DNA of 64,000 bases from the human T2T-CHM13v2.0 reference genome, Homo sapiens (GCF_009914755.1 NC_060929.1); one strand, 5' to 3'; positions 1 through 29,160 are shown, numbered from the stretch's first letter. The notes: generated by a model from the letters alone, not told the origin. Translations and numbers: made by a program.

Positions 1-470
1 ACTAAATTGTGGTCTACTCATGCAATGGAATATTACAGACTAGCAAAAGTGAATGTTACAGCTTCATATATCAATGGTTGATGAATCTCAGTAATGTTGA
101 ACAAAAAAGCAAATCACACAAACCTAAATATGTGTGATTGCATTTATATAAATTGCAAATCAAGTAAAATTAGATAACATATTTCTTAAGGACACACATA
201 TATTATAAAACAATAAAAGCAAAGAATGACTAAGAAAGTTTCAATGTATGGTTACCTAGGGGTAGGCAGGAAAAGGGACATAATTAGAGGCATAAAGGAA
301 ACTTCTGAGGTACTGGTAATATTCTATGTCTTAAGATGGATGATAGGTACATAGCTATTCTTTTATTATTCTTCTTTATTTTTCTTTTTAAAATGGCACA
401 TACACATATATACACCCTTATGGTGGTATGATATATTTCACAGTAAGAAAGTTTCAATAAGAAAAAACTA
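1..470 (+). mobile_element. Old L1 (L1ME-type) 3' end fragment
   Basis: Typical L1M 3'UTR motifs (aaattgtggtc..atgcaatggaatattac, atgaatctcagtaatgttga, ggttacctagggg, ttctgaggtactggtaatattctat). Confidence 0.65.
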
Positions 471-1199
471 ATAATTTCTGAATTAACTTGAAAATTCTAT
501 ATTGCAGTTGCAAAAAAAACATTTTAAATAACTTTTTCATTTAGAATCAAAGCCTGGTTTTAACTTCTATCTCAGAACATACTGGGAATTAAACATAGTA
601 TAAAATATTGCAATAAGGACCATGTTTTTGAGAAGTATGGGGGCCAGGCATGGTGGCTTATGCCTTAATCCCAGCACTTTGGGAGGCTGAGGTGGGAGGA
701 TCTCTTGAAGCCAGGGGCTCAAGATCAGACTAGACAACATAGTAAGACCCTGTCTCTACAAAAAATTTTAAAAAATCAGCTGAGAATGGTGGCCTGCGCC
801 TGTAGTCCCAGCTACCCAGGAGGCTGAGGTAGGAGGATCAAGGCTGCGGTGACTTATGATTGTGCCACTGCATTCCAGCCTGGGCTACAGAGTGACAACC
901 TGTCTCTAAAATAAATAAACAAGTAAAAACTGAAAACAAACAAATAAAAAATACACTTAGTAAAAGCATATTTCTTAAGGATACACTCAGATTGGGTAGG
1001 TTAAATATGGCCAGGTCTGATATTGTTGGATAAAGCTGTATTTATATTGGGCCAAAACATCTGAAAAACTAAACATCCTATTTTCATTGATGTTTCAGGA
1101 AATATGCTATCATGTCTAATAAGCCTTACATTGAAAATAAAATAAACTTGGTAATTGTTTGTTTGTTTTAGGCATGATATTTTAAAACTGAAGTTGTCA

Positions 1200-1502
<303 letters not shown>

Positions 1503-1585
1503 TTAAAAAAAAGAAACAGAGAATTGCTTCACTCTTCAGCCACAAGGTCTCAACTTTGCTCTTCCAGATTTTAACAAAATACTAG

Positions 1586-2170
1586 TGAGGACTAAGCTCT
1601 GATTTTTTTTACCTTGCCCAAATTCCTATCTAAGGGGTCTAGGGAGTCATGCCCTGCAAACCATAAATTCTCATCAGATGAGTTTTATTTGACCCTATAT
1701 ATTGTGACTGACTTTTGAATCTGATTCTGGCATAACATTATGAGACAAGAAAAAAAATCAAAATATTTAACCCCAAAATATATTTCCTTGCCATTCCTTG
1801 AAATTTCCCTGCAAAGTCTCTTGTGGGGAAAATCCAAATCCTATAGAGAATCCCCTTTCCCCTTTGTTTTCTTTCCTTCCTTTCCAGATCCAGGAAATAA
1901 TCAACTAAGAGCCAGGTACCCTTTTAGGTCCGATAAGAAACATTTTACAACCTGCTCTCTCTCTGAAGTCTGCTATCTGAGAGCTTCCTCTGCACAATAA
2001 AACTTGGTCTCCATAATCCTCTACCTTAACCTGAACATTTCCTTTCTACTGATCCCAGGTCTTCAGATAAACTCAACCAATTGTCAACCAGAAAATGTTT
2101 ACATTTACCTGTTGCCTGGAAGCCCCCTCTTTGAGTTGTCCCACCTTTCTGAACCAAACCAATGTAACTA
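1586..2170 (+). mobile_element. ERV1 LTR, MER4D-like, 3'-truncated
   Basis: Starts TGAGGACTAAGCTCTGATTTTTTTTACCTTGCCCAAATTCCTATCTAAGGGGTC, like MER4D. Breaks off abruptly into an Alu fragment. Confidence 0.75.
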
Positions 2171-2190
2171 ATGTAACCTCAGCCTCCTGA

Positions 2191-2385
<195 letters not shown>

Positions 2386-2789
2386 TAGGGGAATTGGTAG
2401 ATCCTTAGGAAATGGGACCTGAGAGGGTAGGCTCTGGGAATGGGGTAACAGATGAGGGGGCTGGTCTCTCTTTCTCTTGATCTAGATTTTGACTACAGAC
2501 ATTCTGGTTATTCTACCATGGATTTGGGATTTCATATCAATCTGAAGCTAAATTAAATTCTCCATAGAGTCACCTTATATCTGTCCCCTGTGAGATGCCA
2601 GAGTGTAAGGAGTGTTTTATGTACCCCTACAGGGGAGGGGGGCACTTTAAAACCCACATACCAAGGTAAAAGAGCCTGGCATGTGCTCCTGGAATCAGGA
2701 GGAATCAGGAACCTGTCACATGTCTGAAAATGGCTAAACAGGAGGAGGCTCGGTGAAGGGACATGTGGTGGCAGGGTGAATAGACTTGG

Positions 2790-3236
2790 TGTGATGGTTA
2801 ATTTTCCACGTTAACTTGACTGGGCCACAGAGTTCCTAGATACTTGGTCAAACATTCTGGGTGTGTCTGTGAGAATGTTTCTGGATGAGTTTAACATTTG
2901 AACTGGTACACTAAGTAAAGCAGATTGCCCTCCCTAATGGATGGGTGGGCTCCACCCAATCAATAGAAGGCCTGAATAGAACAAAGAGATGGACCCTCAT
3001 GTGAGTAAGAGGGAATTCCTCTTATGTAATTGCCTTTGAGCTGGAACATCTATTTTTTTCCTGCTGTTTGACATGAACTGAAACTTTCCTGGTTCTCGAG
3101 CTTGCTGACTACAGATCTTGGAATTTTTCAAGCTCCATAATTGCACGAGTCAACTCCTAATAATCTCTGTCTCTCTCTCTCTGTCTCCCTCTGGGCATAT
3201 ACATTCTATTTTTTTTCTGGAGAACCATGAATAATA
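2790..3236 (+). mobile_element. MLT2 (MLT2D-like) ERVL solo LTR
   Basis: TGTGATGGTTAATTTT...CTTGACTGGGCCACAG...GTAAAGCAGATTGCCCTCCCTAATG...CTGGAGAACC hallmark sequence. Confidence 0.8.
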
Positions 3237-3633
3237 AAGTTGGAAATAAGGGTCTGTGGGACAAACACACGTTTCCTATGGGATGCATGTGAATTACATC
3301 AAAAAGGGTTAGATTCTGGTTGTCTTAAAAGGGACTTCACCAAAATGGTCTTTCTAAAGAGTGGTGGTGGGCCATCTGAAGCTTCAAGCTGAGGTGATGT
3401 GGTTGGGGTGAGAAGTGGCAGAGAAAGCAGTTGTCAGCATGAATCATTTTCTATGAAAGGAAACTGGAAGTAAGAGGTCCTCAGAAATGGAAACTCAGAA
3501 AGTCTATTGCATCAGTCACAGAACAATGTTCTTGTCTTCTACTCCATCTTCTACATTGACTAGACCGTAGAAGAGCTGAAAATAGCAGCTAGAAAATACA
3601 GGAGGTGGATCTAGGAAGAAAGAATACCCCTAC

Positions 3634-4040
3634 TGTATTAGTCTGTTCTTGCATTGCTATAAAGAAATATCTGAGACTGGGTAATTTTCAAAGAAAAGAG
3701 GTTTAATTGGCACATGGTTTCACAGGTTGTACAGGAAGCAATGCAGCATCTGCTTCTGGGGGAGGCCTGAGGGAGCTCTTACTCATGGCAGAAGGCAAAG
3801 CAGGAGCAGGTGTCTACGTGGCAGGAACAGGAGCAAGTGGGTACTGGGACAGCAATGCCACACATTTTTAAACAACTAGATCTCACTACTAGAATAGCAC
3901 CAAGGGGGATGGTGATAAACCATTTATGAGAACCTGCCCCCATGATCCATCCAATCACCTCCCACCAGGCCCCACCTCCAACACTAGGGATTACAGTTCG
4001 ACATGAGATTTGGGTGGGGACATAGATCCAAATCATATCA
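3634..4040 (-). mobile_element. MST (MSTB-like) MaLR solo LTR
   Basis: tgtattagtctgttcttgcattgctataaag...gagatttgggtggggacatagatccaaatcatatca, with a near-TSD cctac/cccac. Confidence 0.85.
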
Positions 4041-4886
4041 CCCACTTTTCTGCCACATGCACACATCCACCCTAGCCTTTCCCTTTTTTTTTGGCTTGCA
4101 AGTTGATTCAGGCCTGTGGACTGAATGAGGGGGAGTGAGGACCTAAAAAGAAGTGTTGAATCAAATGAGAATATAATGTTTTGCTATAAGATGGTACCAG
4201 GCTTCTTTTTTATCATTGATTATTTTTTTCTTTTTTAAAAAAATTATTTTTTTTAAATTAGAGATGAGTTTTTGCCATGTTGCCCAGGCTGGTCTCGAAC
4301 TCCTGAGCTCAGGCAATCCACCTGCCTTGGTCTTCCAAAGTGCTGGGATTACAGGTGTGAGCCATCACACCCAGCTGGCACTGGGCTTCTTAATTTTTGC
4401 CTGAGACCAGAAGAGCTAGCATGTCTGCCTAAAATTTCATCCAAGGACGGATAAGAATAATTTGACAGAGAAGGTTTAAAAGAGCAGTAGAGAGAGTTGC
4501 TTTCATTTGCCTCTGACTGAGTTCAGCCCATTCAATGAGCCAGTTACATGCAGTTAGCCAAAAAAGGAGCCCTGCTTATGCTACATTTTTGAAGTGCCAA
4601 TTTGCAAAACTTCCATATAACTGCCATGACTATTGTATTCCTAAAATTATAATGGAGAGCTAAAAGTTCCCTTGAGATCTAAGCCCCGGGGAATTCTCTT
4701 TCTTCTTTTTTATCCTTCAATGACTCTGCAATAGGCCAGTGAACTCATTTCCTGAGCCAATTAGATGATTCAAAGTTTCTCATCTTTCCCTAGCAAGCGG
4801 ACTCAGATTAGAAAAAAAAAAAAAAAGTTTATCATCTCCAAAATAGAGCCTTACAATTCTTTTATTTACTCATTTGTTTCTTTTTT

Positions 4887-4970
4887 AGGCTAGTCAAGTG
4901 AAGCAGGGGAGTGGAGAAGGAACAAAGAAATCTGTAATAGGTTGTGATCAATTACTTGTAAACATCACTG
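4887..4970 (-). pseudogene. Y3 RNA (RNY3-derived) retro-pseudogene, 5'-truncated
   Basis: Reverse complement cagtgatgtttacaagtaattgatcacaacctattacagatttctttgttccttctccactcccctgcttcacttgactagcct closely matches hY3 from about nt 15 to the 3' end. Degenerate A-tail (T-rich 4861-4886) and a possible eroded TSD agccttacaattct / agcctaaaaaattct. Confidence 0.9.
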
Positions 4971-6058
4971 TTTACAAGAGAGACCTGCAGCCTAAAAAAT
5001 TCTGTAAGCAGAGGTTGGGTATTGTAGCTTTGTATGTATCATTGTAACAATATATGTATCAAAATGACGTCAAGACTTAATGAACCAACAAGGTATGTGA
5101 TTAACTCAAGGTGGTGGGAGTCCCTTCAAGAGAAGGCAGATAAAAGAAAAAAAAAAGAGGGCAGAAGATGTGTTGGCAGTAACCTAAATCCCTTTTATCA
5201 AGTGAAAGAGACTTCCTCATGAGATGTAAATCCATTTGTCCCTAAGGAAAGTGAAAGTTATAGGGCTATAGCTTTCAAACACTGCTCCTGTTTCCAGAGA
5301 ACAATACCTTTACCCTTAAGTATTCATAACAACCTCTCAGCTTTAGCAACTCACTGCTTTTTGCCAGTTAGCAAAGTTCTCTGATAAAATGTCATCAGAT
5401 CATCAACCCACAAGCTATAAACCACCTACCCACCCGCTCTGTTCTTCAACACCAATTTTCTTTTAATGTTGGTTTGTTTGGCGGGGAGGGGGGAATAGGG
5501 AGCTATTTTTATGATTTATAGCATCTGCTTGATCTCCAAGATTTCGTTTGTTTAAATATTGAGTCTGGAATTCCGAAAGCACTTGAAATATTTTGCAAAG
5601 AAGTGAATACCTTTTTCTTTAAACTGAAATGAATACCTTTTTCTTTAAATTGAAATGAAGAAGAAACTGAAATGGTTTCTTCTCATTTGCCTGAAAGTGG
5701 AGATCATGGAGAATCAGAAAACATCAAAAGGGGTGGAGCAGGGAGAGGGTAGCTGTTAGGCCAGCTTTGATTTAAACAGAGTATAAAGGCTCCTTAGATT
5801 AATAATCTAGTTTTGGTTTCCAAAGCAGCCTCTGCAATCTCCTAATGAATGGTGGAATTTCAGGACCACCAGTCTCATCTTGAATTTTCCATAGGATGCT
5901 ACTTTTATATTTCCACACCCTAAATCCTTTTTTTTTTTTTTTTTTTTTTGAGACGGAATCTCGCTCTGTCGCCCAAGCTAGAGTGCAGTGGCTCGATCTT
6001 GGCTCACTGCAACCTCCGCCTCCTGGGTTCAAGCGATTCTCCTGTCTCAGCCTCCTGA

Positions 6059-6295
<237 letters not shown>

Positions 6296-6348
6296 TAGTC
6301 GCAGGTAAACTTACCTCTTAACTTCTCACATGCGGATAAAATGCTAAT

Positions 6349-6850
6349 TGTTGCAGGCCGAAAGAGTGAGGGTTGTGATCAACTCAGTATACCACTGGAA
6401 GCTATATGAGTAAACAGCAAACTGTTCTCATAAATGCAGAATGTTGGCAAACTGACAAACTGCGTCTGCCGCCTAGAACGAATGCTGAGGGCCGTCATGC
6501 CCCAAGTGCAGTGTTGCTTGTGATTAGGCACATCTGAAGCCTGTTAGCAATAATGTGAACCTGTGATCAATTAAGCAGCTGACCAATCTTTACCTCCTCC
6601 TCCCTGCTCTTTCTATCCAACAAATACAAAGGGCTCTAAATGCTTAGGGCTGCTGCCTTTATTCACTAGAAGCAGGGAGCCCTCTTCTTCTTCCCCGGAC
6701 CCCTTTAAAACAGTTTCTTTTGTCTTAAGTTTTCATTTCTATGTTTGTCCCCCTTCCTTCCGTCCTGTAAGGATGGTCTCAAGTGGTAATAGTAACAGTA
6801 GTAAATGTGGTAGTGAGGGTCTCAAGTAGTAGCAGTGGCAGTCTGTCACA
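6349..6850 (+). mobile_element. LTR3-like (HERV-K HML-6) solo LTR
   Basis: TGTTGCAGGCCGAAAGAGTGAGGG...GTCTGTCACA with a perfect 6-bp TSD GCTAAT (6343-48 / 6851-56), typical of ERVK. Confidence 0.8.
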
Positions 6851-7329
6851 GCTAATTGCTTCTGGTTACAAGTCATTTTTATTTCAAAGTGGAAACATGA
6901 GAACTTCAGAATTATCAGTCATAATCGAGACCCTCACAAAGAGCTCAGTGGGCATTTTCTTTTGCATACCAGAAGCCAAACGCCTGGTTAGTGTACATAT
7001 TATTTTATCTCTCAGGGTCATATACTATACTGTAACATCATTATACCTTGCAGTTCTAGCCCAGTGGAGCTGAAAGAAACTTTTCTTTTTGCTTGCTTTT
7101 GTTTCAGTTTAGACAAGGGGTCAGTAATCCTTTTGGACTAAATGACAACAATGCAGCTATTGATGAGTTTAAGAGGTAGGCAGAGAGAAAAATGAAAAAG
7201 CAGAAAGTGACAAGTGAGAGTAAGTGAAAGAAAAGCAAGTAAAGAGGAACAGAAGAACAAGAGAAGGAAAAGAGAAATAGAGATGGGAGAGGAGTTTATG
7301 TAGAAGACTGGCATGTTACTGGTATCACA

Positions 7330-9190
<1,861 letters not shown>

Positions 9191-9530
9191 CACATGCCAG
9201 GGATGACCCATTGCCTAATTTTAACTAATAAAATCATATATATCATACAAGATTTTTGCATGTTTCATAATGTGGAAATCACCAGAACATTTTATTTTTC
9301 TTGCTGCATTTGATATTTTTGGCCTCAGTCATTTTATTTTTGGAAAGGGAAGAGATATATACTCTTGGTTGTGAATAAAATCACATGAAATGAGTAAATA
9401 GTGTGACCCTAAAGGAAAAAACTGAGGCAAAATTAATATAAGTAGAAAGTTTATTTGGCCCAAGTTTGAGGACTGCAACCCAGGAGCATAGATTCAAGTT
9501 GCTCTGAATATATGCTCCTATTAGCAGTAG

Positions 9531-9867
<337 letters not shown>

Positions 9868-10935
9868 TAAAGGAAAAAGAAGAGGCAGTTCCTAAGTTGT
9901 TTATCAAGAATTTATGTTACAATAACAAGCTATTGGTTGGCTATACATTGTTCTTTGTATCACAAATTCCAGGAACATGAAGATAGCGGGTAAGGCAGCT
10001 GTCAGAAATAAAATGCTTTTAAATAATTGCCCCTGGCTACTAAAAATACAAAAATTAACCCGGCGTGGTGCTGCACACCTGTAATCCCAGCTACTTGGGA
10101 GGCTGAGGCAAGAGAATCGCTTGAACCCAGGAGTGGAGGTTGCAGTGAGCTGAGACTGCGCCACTGCACTCCAGCCTGGGGACAGAGCAAGATACCATCT
10201 CAAAAAAAAAAAAAAAGAATTGCCCCTGGGAATGGGTGCTGTGAGATGTGACCGAAATCCTATACTCCTGTCTCTCCGGGCCTGATGAATTTTGCATACT
10301 TCACATATCTTAGGCTGCTCTGAGCTATTTTTCTCATTTCCTCCTTTTGATCAGAATGGTTCTCTTCTGAAAGCACTAATGATCAATATTTTAGATTTAA
10401 GTTTGTCCCATGTTGCTGGGAAGACTCATTCCCAGATAATCTTGTCCCATGTCAGAGGGAATGAGCAGAAGTACTACGGCTTAAGAAGTTCCAAGGCTGA
10501 ATCAGTTGGCAACAATTCAGGGACTGAATTGAACAATAAAGGGTCAGAGTAATAGGATCTCAGTCGGGCCGTTTACTTACACTGGAGTTGAGGCATGTTA
10601 GCTGATTTCTAAGCATCTAGCTATCATGATTAGTTTTTTTGTTATAAACTTTTGTGGTAGACTTTAGACATCTAGAAATACAAAGCATAATTAATTCAGG
10701 CATTTAAAATATGACACAAATAAGGACAGTTATCAACAAAACATCTTGAAATACAAATATGAAAAGTATTCCTATTCCTGAAGATAACCAAATGAATATT
10801 GTAACCTATTTCTTGTCCTGGTCTAAAGAACAAAGTATTGGAGATCTCCACTGAGGAAGATGTCCACTCAGGCAGGGCTGCCTAATAGTGTCCCTTCTAA
10901 TGTAGTTGTTGGAACAAGTCCTTTATTTGATAGCA

Positions 10936-11191
10936 TTTTCTTTTCTTCCTTCTTTCCTTCCTTCCTTCCCTCCTTCCTTCCTTCCTGCCTTTCTGCCTTC
11001 CCTTCTTTCTTTCCTTCCTTTCTTTTCCCCTCCCTCCCTTCTTTCTTTCTTCTTTCCTTCCTTCCTTCCTTCCTTCCTTCCTTCCTTCCTTCCTTCCTTC
11101 CTTCCTTCCTTCCCTCCCTCCCTCCCTTCTTCCTTCCTTCCTTCCTTTCTCTTTCTTTCTTTCTCTCTCTCTCTCTTTCTTTCTTTCTTTT
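10936..11191. repeat. (CCTT)n/(CT)n polypyrimidine microsatellite
   Basis: About 255 bp of almost pure C/T, with a (CCTT)n core at ~11055-11112. Confidence 0.95.
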
Positions 11192-11345
11192 GGCATTTTC
11201 CATTAAACAAAATCTTCAGGTTGGAGTCCATGATCTTTGATGTTTTTGTCTCCCGCTGGGAGCTTGCTGTTAAAATAATCCTTAATTAATTTAGAATTTT
11301 CAGTGAGAAACTTATCAGGCCTTGCAATAATGAAGAATACCACCT

Positions 11346-12915
<1,570 letters not shown>

Positions 12916-13187
12916 ACTGTTTTTTTTGTTTGTTTTGTTTTGTTTTTGAGATGGAGTCTCGCCCTGTCGGAGTGCAGTGGTGCGATCTCGGGTCACTGCA
13001 ACCTCCGCCTCCCAGGTTCAGGCAATTCTCTGCCTCAGCCTCCCAAGTAGCAGGGATTACAGGTGCCTGCCACCATGCCCAGCTAATTTTTGTATTTTTA
13101 GTAGAGACAGGGTTTCATCTTCTTGACCAGGCTGGTCTTGAATGCTTGACCTCATGATCCACCCACCTCAGCCTCCCAAAGTGATAA

Positions 13188-13454
<267 letters not shown>

Positions 13455-14562
13455 TGATCCACCCGCTCGGCCTCCCAAAGTGCTGAGATTACAGGCGTAA
13501 GCCACCATGTCTGGCCTAGTTTACAACTTTTAAGGAGAGCTAGTTCATAGGCTCCTTTATCCAGGTGCACGGGTAGTCCCATTCCCATTTCAAAGGCAGA
13601 AAGCTGATGTTTTCCAAACAGGGTAGAATGTAAGTTAAGCAAATGGAAGATCCTTAGGCCAGGGAAAGTTAAATTTTTCTTTAAGCTTTCAACTGACTTT
13701 TCACTATTCCGTGTATTCATTCTACCAGTCTGGAAGACTGAGTGATTTGCACAATGGAAATGCTAATCCATCCAATCTCAATCATCTTTGACCACACAAA
13801 ATAGTATTTCTGGCTGAGCATAGTGGCTAATGCCTGTAATCCCAGCACTTTGGGAGACTGCTGTGGGAGGATTGCTTGACCCCAGGAGTTCGAGAGCAAC
13901 CTGGGCAACATAGTGAGACCTCATCTCCACCAAAATAATTTTTTTAAATAAAAAAACCAAGATAAGATTTCTATAAACTTCTCATAACCACTTACTTAGA
14001 ATTTTTCACATTCTCTTTCTTTAAGTTTCTGTGTTCATGTAGTTTTATCCATCATTCTTTCTTTTGTCCTTTCAACTTAAAACACCCTTTAAAAGCCTCT
14101 AGACAAAATTAGTTTTCCCTTAACAGAAACCTCACTTTCATATCTTCTTTATAACCTTCTTTACCAAAAACACATCCTATTTTTCTTACTCACTCTGTAT
14201 ACAGAATTGTTTCTCTTACATCTAGTAGTTTCAATTGCATATATGAACTACTATTTTTAACTTTTAGCAAACTGAATTTCTGGTGGAAAACTTAGGAAGT
14301 AATTTTGAACTGTTTTATATCATTACTGATAGATGGATGAAAACCATTTTATAATTTTTAGAAAGATATCTCAATTTATTTTTGTTTATTAACAGGTCTA
14401 AATATATTTAGCTTTTCTATACCATATAAAAATAAGATATCAAAGTATATAGATTTAAACTTATATTTAATGATTAATGTTTTAGTATTTTTACTTAGAG
14501 ATGACTCAGACATTTCATGAACATCTACTACTTAATTATAACATGACTTTAATATTAATTTA

Positions 14563-23763
<9,201 letters not shown>

Positions 23764-25109
23764 TTTTTCCAGCTCTGTCAGCTAATAACAATATTAACTG
23801 ATTTGAATTTTTCCTCTTCTGCTTCCTCTAGAAGAGGTGATATTTATTTTGCTTTGATGGGAAAGAGTGAGGTATTTTCAAAGAACCATTGTATGCCATG
23901 CTAAGGAGAGTGGACTTTACTCTGCAGGCTGAGGAGCCAACAGTGTTTTTCAAGTGGGGGAAGGTGGGAAAGTCTTTTAATTTCAGAATATCCATATGGT
24001 GTAGAAGTGGAGAATAATAGAGTGAGGCTCTAGGCTGTAAATCATTTATTTACTCAATAGATATGTACTGAGTGTCTACTCTGTGTTAGGCACTAGAAAT
24101 ACCAGGTCTCTGACCTTTTGGGGCTGACTGCGTAGGAGTCTGTAGTCTCACACATGCTTCGGTAAATGCTGTGAAGGAAAAGAATAGGTCTTATGAGTCT
24201 GAGGACATGATAGGTGGGCCTGACAGTAATTAAGAATAAGTCAGACAGAGAGGAAATAAGGACTCAAGGAAAGACCTCATTCAGGAAGGAGACACTTGAG
24301 CATACTTACATGCTGAAGGGAAGGATGAGGTAGAGAAGAAGGAGGAGAGGAGTGAAAGATAGATACAAAAAAAGGGATCATTCATGAAGCAAGAACCCTC
24401 AGAGGGTAGAGGCAATAGGAATAATTAGCCTTGGGCAGGTAGAAGGTTACCACTTGCCCTGGGGTTGTGGTAACCCCACAGAAGTTTATGGAAGCAGAAG
24501 TTTATAGATGAAGAATAAGGTATAGAAGAGTTTTCATGTAATGGTCTCATGTTCTCTATGTAGTAGGAGAATAAGTAGCTGCTGAATATTGGGCAGCTGA
24601 AAGAGTAGACGGCTTGAGGAAAGTGGTATATGGGTTGAAGTGGCTCCCGAGGGAGACCAGAGGGAGCCACAGCTGATTGGTCTGGCTCTGTTCCAAAGGC
24701 TCTTATGATTCTTCTGAGGGATGCCCCCGTAGTGTTTCCTTTCTGCCTTTAATTATTGCATTTTCCAAGGGATGCAGTAATGACAGACAGCAACTTTGAG
24801 GACAAGCATAGGAGAAAGAATTTTCCCATTAGACCTGTGCCTCCTACACAAAAGAAATAATACATTTCTGCAGGCCTGCTTTCATCCATCCCTTAAATGA
24901 AACCTGATAATGAGATTGGCAAAAATGAAAAATCTGACAATATTGAGCGTGGGTGCCAATGTGGGCAAAAAGGAACTCTTGTAAGTTGCTTGGGAAGTGT
25001 AAATTGATACAAATACTACAAAGAACAATTTTGCAATATTTTGTAAAGTTTAAATTGCCACAACCTGTATATGGGTACACACAGACCTTAGAAGACTGTT
25101 TCATAAACT

Positions 25110-26112
<1,003 letters not shown>

Positions 26113-26560
26113 AGAGAAACTCTTGCACATGTGCACAAGGAAACGTGAATAAAGCTATTTGTTGTAGCTTTGATTATAATAGTGATTTATAATTTAGGAA
26201 ATAATCTCCGTCAATAGATGAATTTAAAGTGGTGTATTTATACAACAAAATATTTAACTAAGTCTAAATATATCAGCATACACAGATCTCAAAAACAATA
26301 TTGAGTGAAAATGCAACTTGCAGAATATGTATGATACCATTTATGAAATTTCTTAAAAATTCACAAAATAATACTATACATTATTTCACTATCCTTATGC
26401 GTATGTAAAATAATAATTTTAAAAAGATGGGAAAGATATGTCACACAATTTGATAGTTGTTACCTCTGGAGATGGAATAGAATTGGGACTGGGCATAAAA
26501 ACAAAGAAGATTTTATTTCTAATTTTTTTTTTTTTTTTGAGATGGGGTCTTGCTCTATAG

Positions 26561-26725
<165 letters not shown>

Positions 26726-27139
26726 TAGCCAGGATGGTCTGGATCTCCTGACCTCGTGATCTGCCCACCTCGGCCTCCCAAAGTGCTGGGATTACAGGCA
26801 TGAGCCACCATGACCAGCCTATTTCTAATTTTTTTAATTGAAAATGTTCCTGAGAAAAATATAAGGTAATAATTTCACTGTCAATTTGGGGCAGTAAGTA
26901 CACTACTATGTGTTATTTTTTCTTTGTACTCATTGTGATTTAAAGGATATATTTATAAATTCTGGCCAGGTGTGGTGGCTCACGCCTGTAATCTCAGCAC
27001 TTTGGGAGGCTGAGGTGGGTGGATCGCTTGAGGTCAGGAGTTTGAGACTAGCCTGGCCGATATGGTGAAACCCCGTTTCTACAAAAAATACAAAAATTAA
27101 CCAGGTGTGGTGACAGGCACCTGTAATCCCAGCTACTCA

Positions 27140-27298
<159 letters not shown>

Positions 27299-27299
27299 T

Positions 27300-27791
27300 T
27301 ATTTGATATTTCTCTCCTTAGAGATGGAGCTTAATTTCCCTCCCCTTGAGTACTTGGTGACTTGCTCCTGGCAGATAGAAAGTGAAAGAAATGATGGAAT
27401 GTCACATCCAAGATTAGAGGAGTGGATACACCTACAAGATTAGGAGACTACAGCTTCTGTGTTGGGTTCTCTCTTTCTTTTTCATATTCTCTCATTCTGA
27501 TTTCTCATTCTGGGGACCAGCTTCCAAGTTGTCTGAGGAGCCTTATGAAGAGGCTCACGTGGTGAGGAACGGAAATTTACTGAATAAGCTCAGAGGGAGA
27601 TTCTCTAGCTCCTTCAGATGACTGCAGCCCTGGCCAACAATCTGACTATAATTTCATGAGAGAGTCAGAGAGGGAACCATCCAGCTAAGCCACTCTCAGA
27701 TTCCTGACCCACAGAAATTACGTGAGACTAATGCTTGTTTAAAGCTGCTAAGTTTTAGGATAATTCATTATGTAGCATTAGATAACTAATA
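27300..27791 (+). mobile_element. MLT1 (MLT1F-like) MaLR LTR
   Basis: cagatgactgcagccctggccaac...ccagctaagccactctcagattcctgacccacagaaa...aagctgctaagttttagg...gataactaata, a characteristic MLT1 3' end. Confidence 0.75.
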
Positions 27792-27925
27792 TTAGTTCTT
27801 CTCTGTATTTAAATTTTTTCCCCCAAAAAAGAGAAAAAGCATCTCTATGTAAACTTATTAGTCAATAAATCTTAAAAATAAAATGAAGTAAAATAATTTC
27901 GAAAAGAAGTCTCCTTCAAATATCA

Positions 27926-28244
<319 letters not shown>

Positions 28245-28281
28245 TCAACAGGTATCAATGTCTGCTTCATGGTTCAGCTAA

Positions 28282-28500
<219 letters not shown>

Positions 28501-28522
28501 TAACACGGTGAAACCCCGTCTA

Positions 28523-28789
<267 letters not shown>

Positions 28790-29070
28790 TTAAAGTTATT
28801 TCCTTCTTGAAATGTTATTTCCGTGAGAATTTTCTTTTTTTCTCCTTTTACCTCAATTACATCTACTAAGCGTCACAATTTGCAAGGATCTCTGTTGGCT
28901 TTCTTCATGTATATTGCCTCATAAGAATTACTAAGAATTATAGGTATTTTTATTATCTCAATTTTATTTAAAAAAACTCTGAGAGCTTATCACTTGCTCA
29001 CAGAACTGGTCAATGATAAAGCTGGAGTTCAAGCTCAGGTCTTTTGAAAACAATATTAGTGTCACAAATA

Positions 29071-29116
29071 CTTTCTCTCTTCTCTTCTGTTCTCTTCTGT
29101 TCTCTTCTCTTTCTTT

Positions 29117-29160
<44 letters not shown>

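Noticed and set aside
4887-4970. Functional Y RNA gene
   Set aside because: Lacks the 5' stem strand needed for Ro60 binding, has substitutions and an A-tail, and shows no upstream Pol III type-3 promoter.
10860-11289. Overlapping ORFs rich in PSFL / RKEG
   Set aside because: Stop-free (CCTT)n microsatellite.
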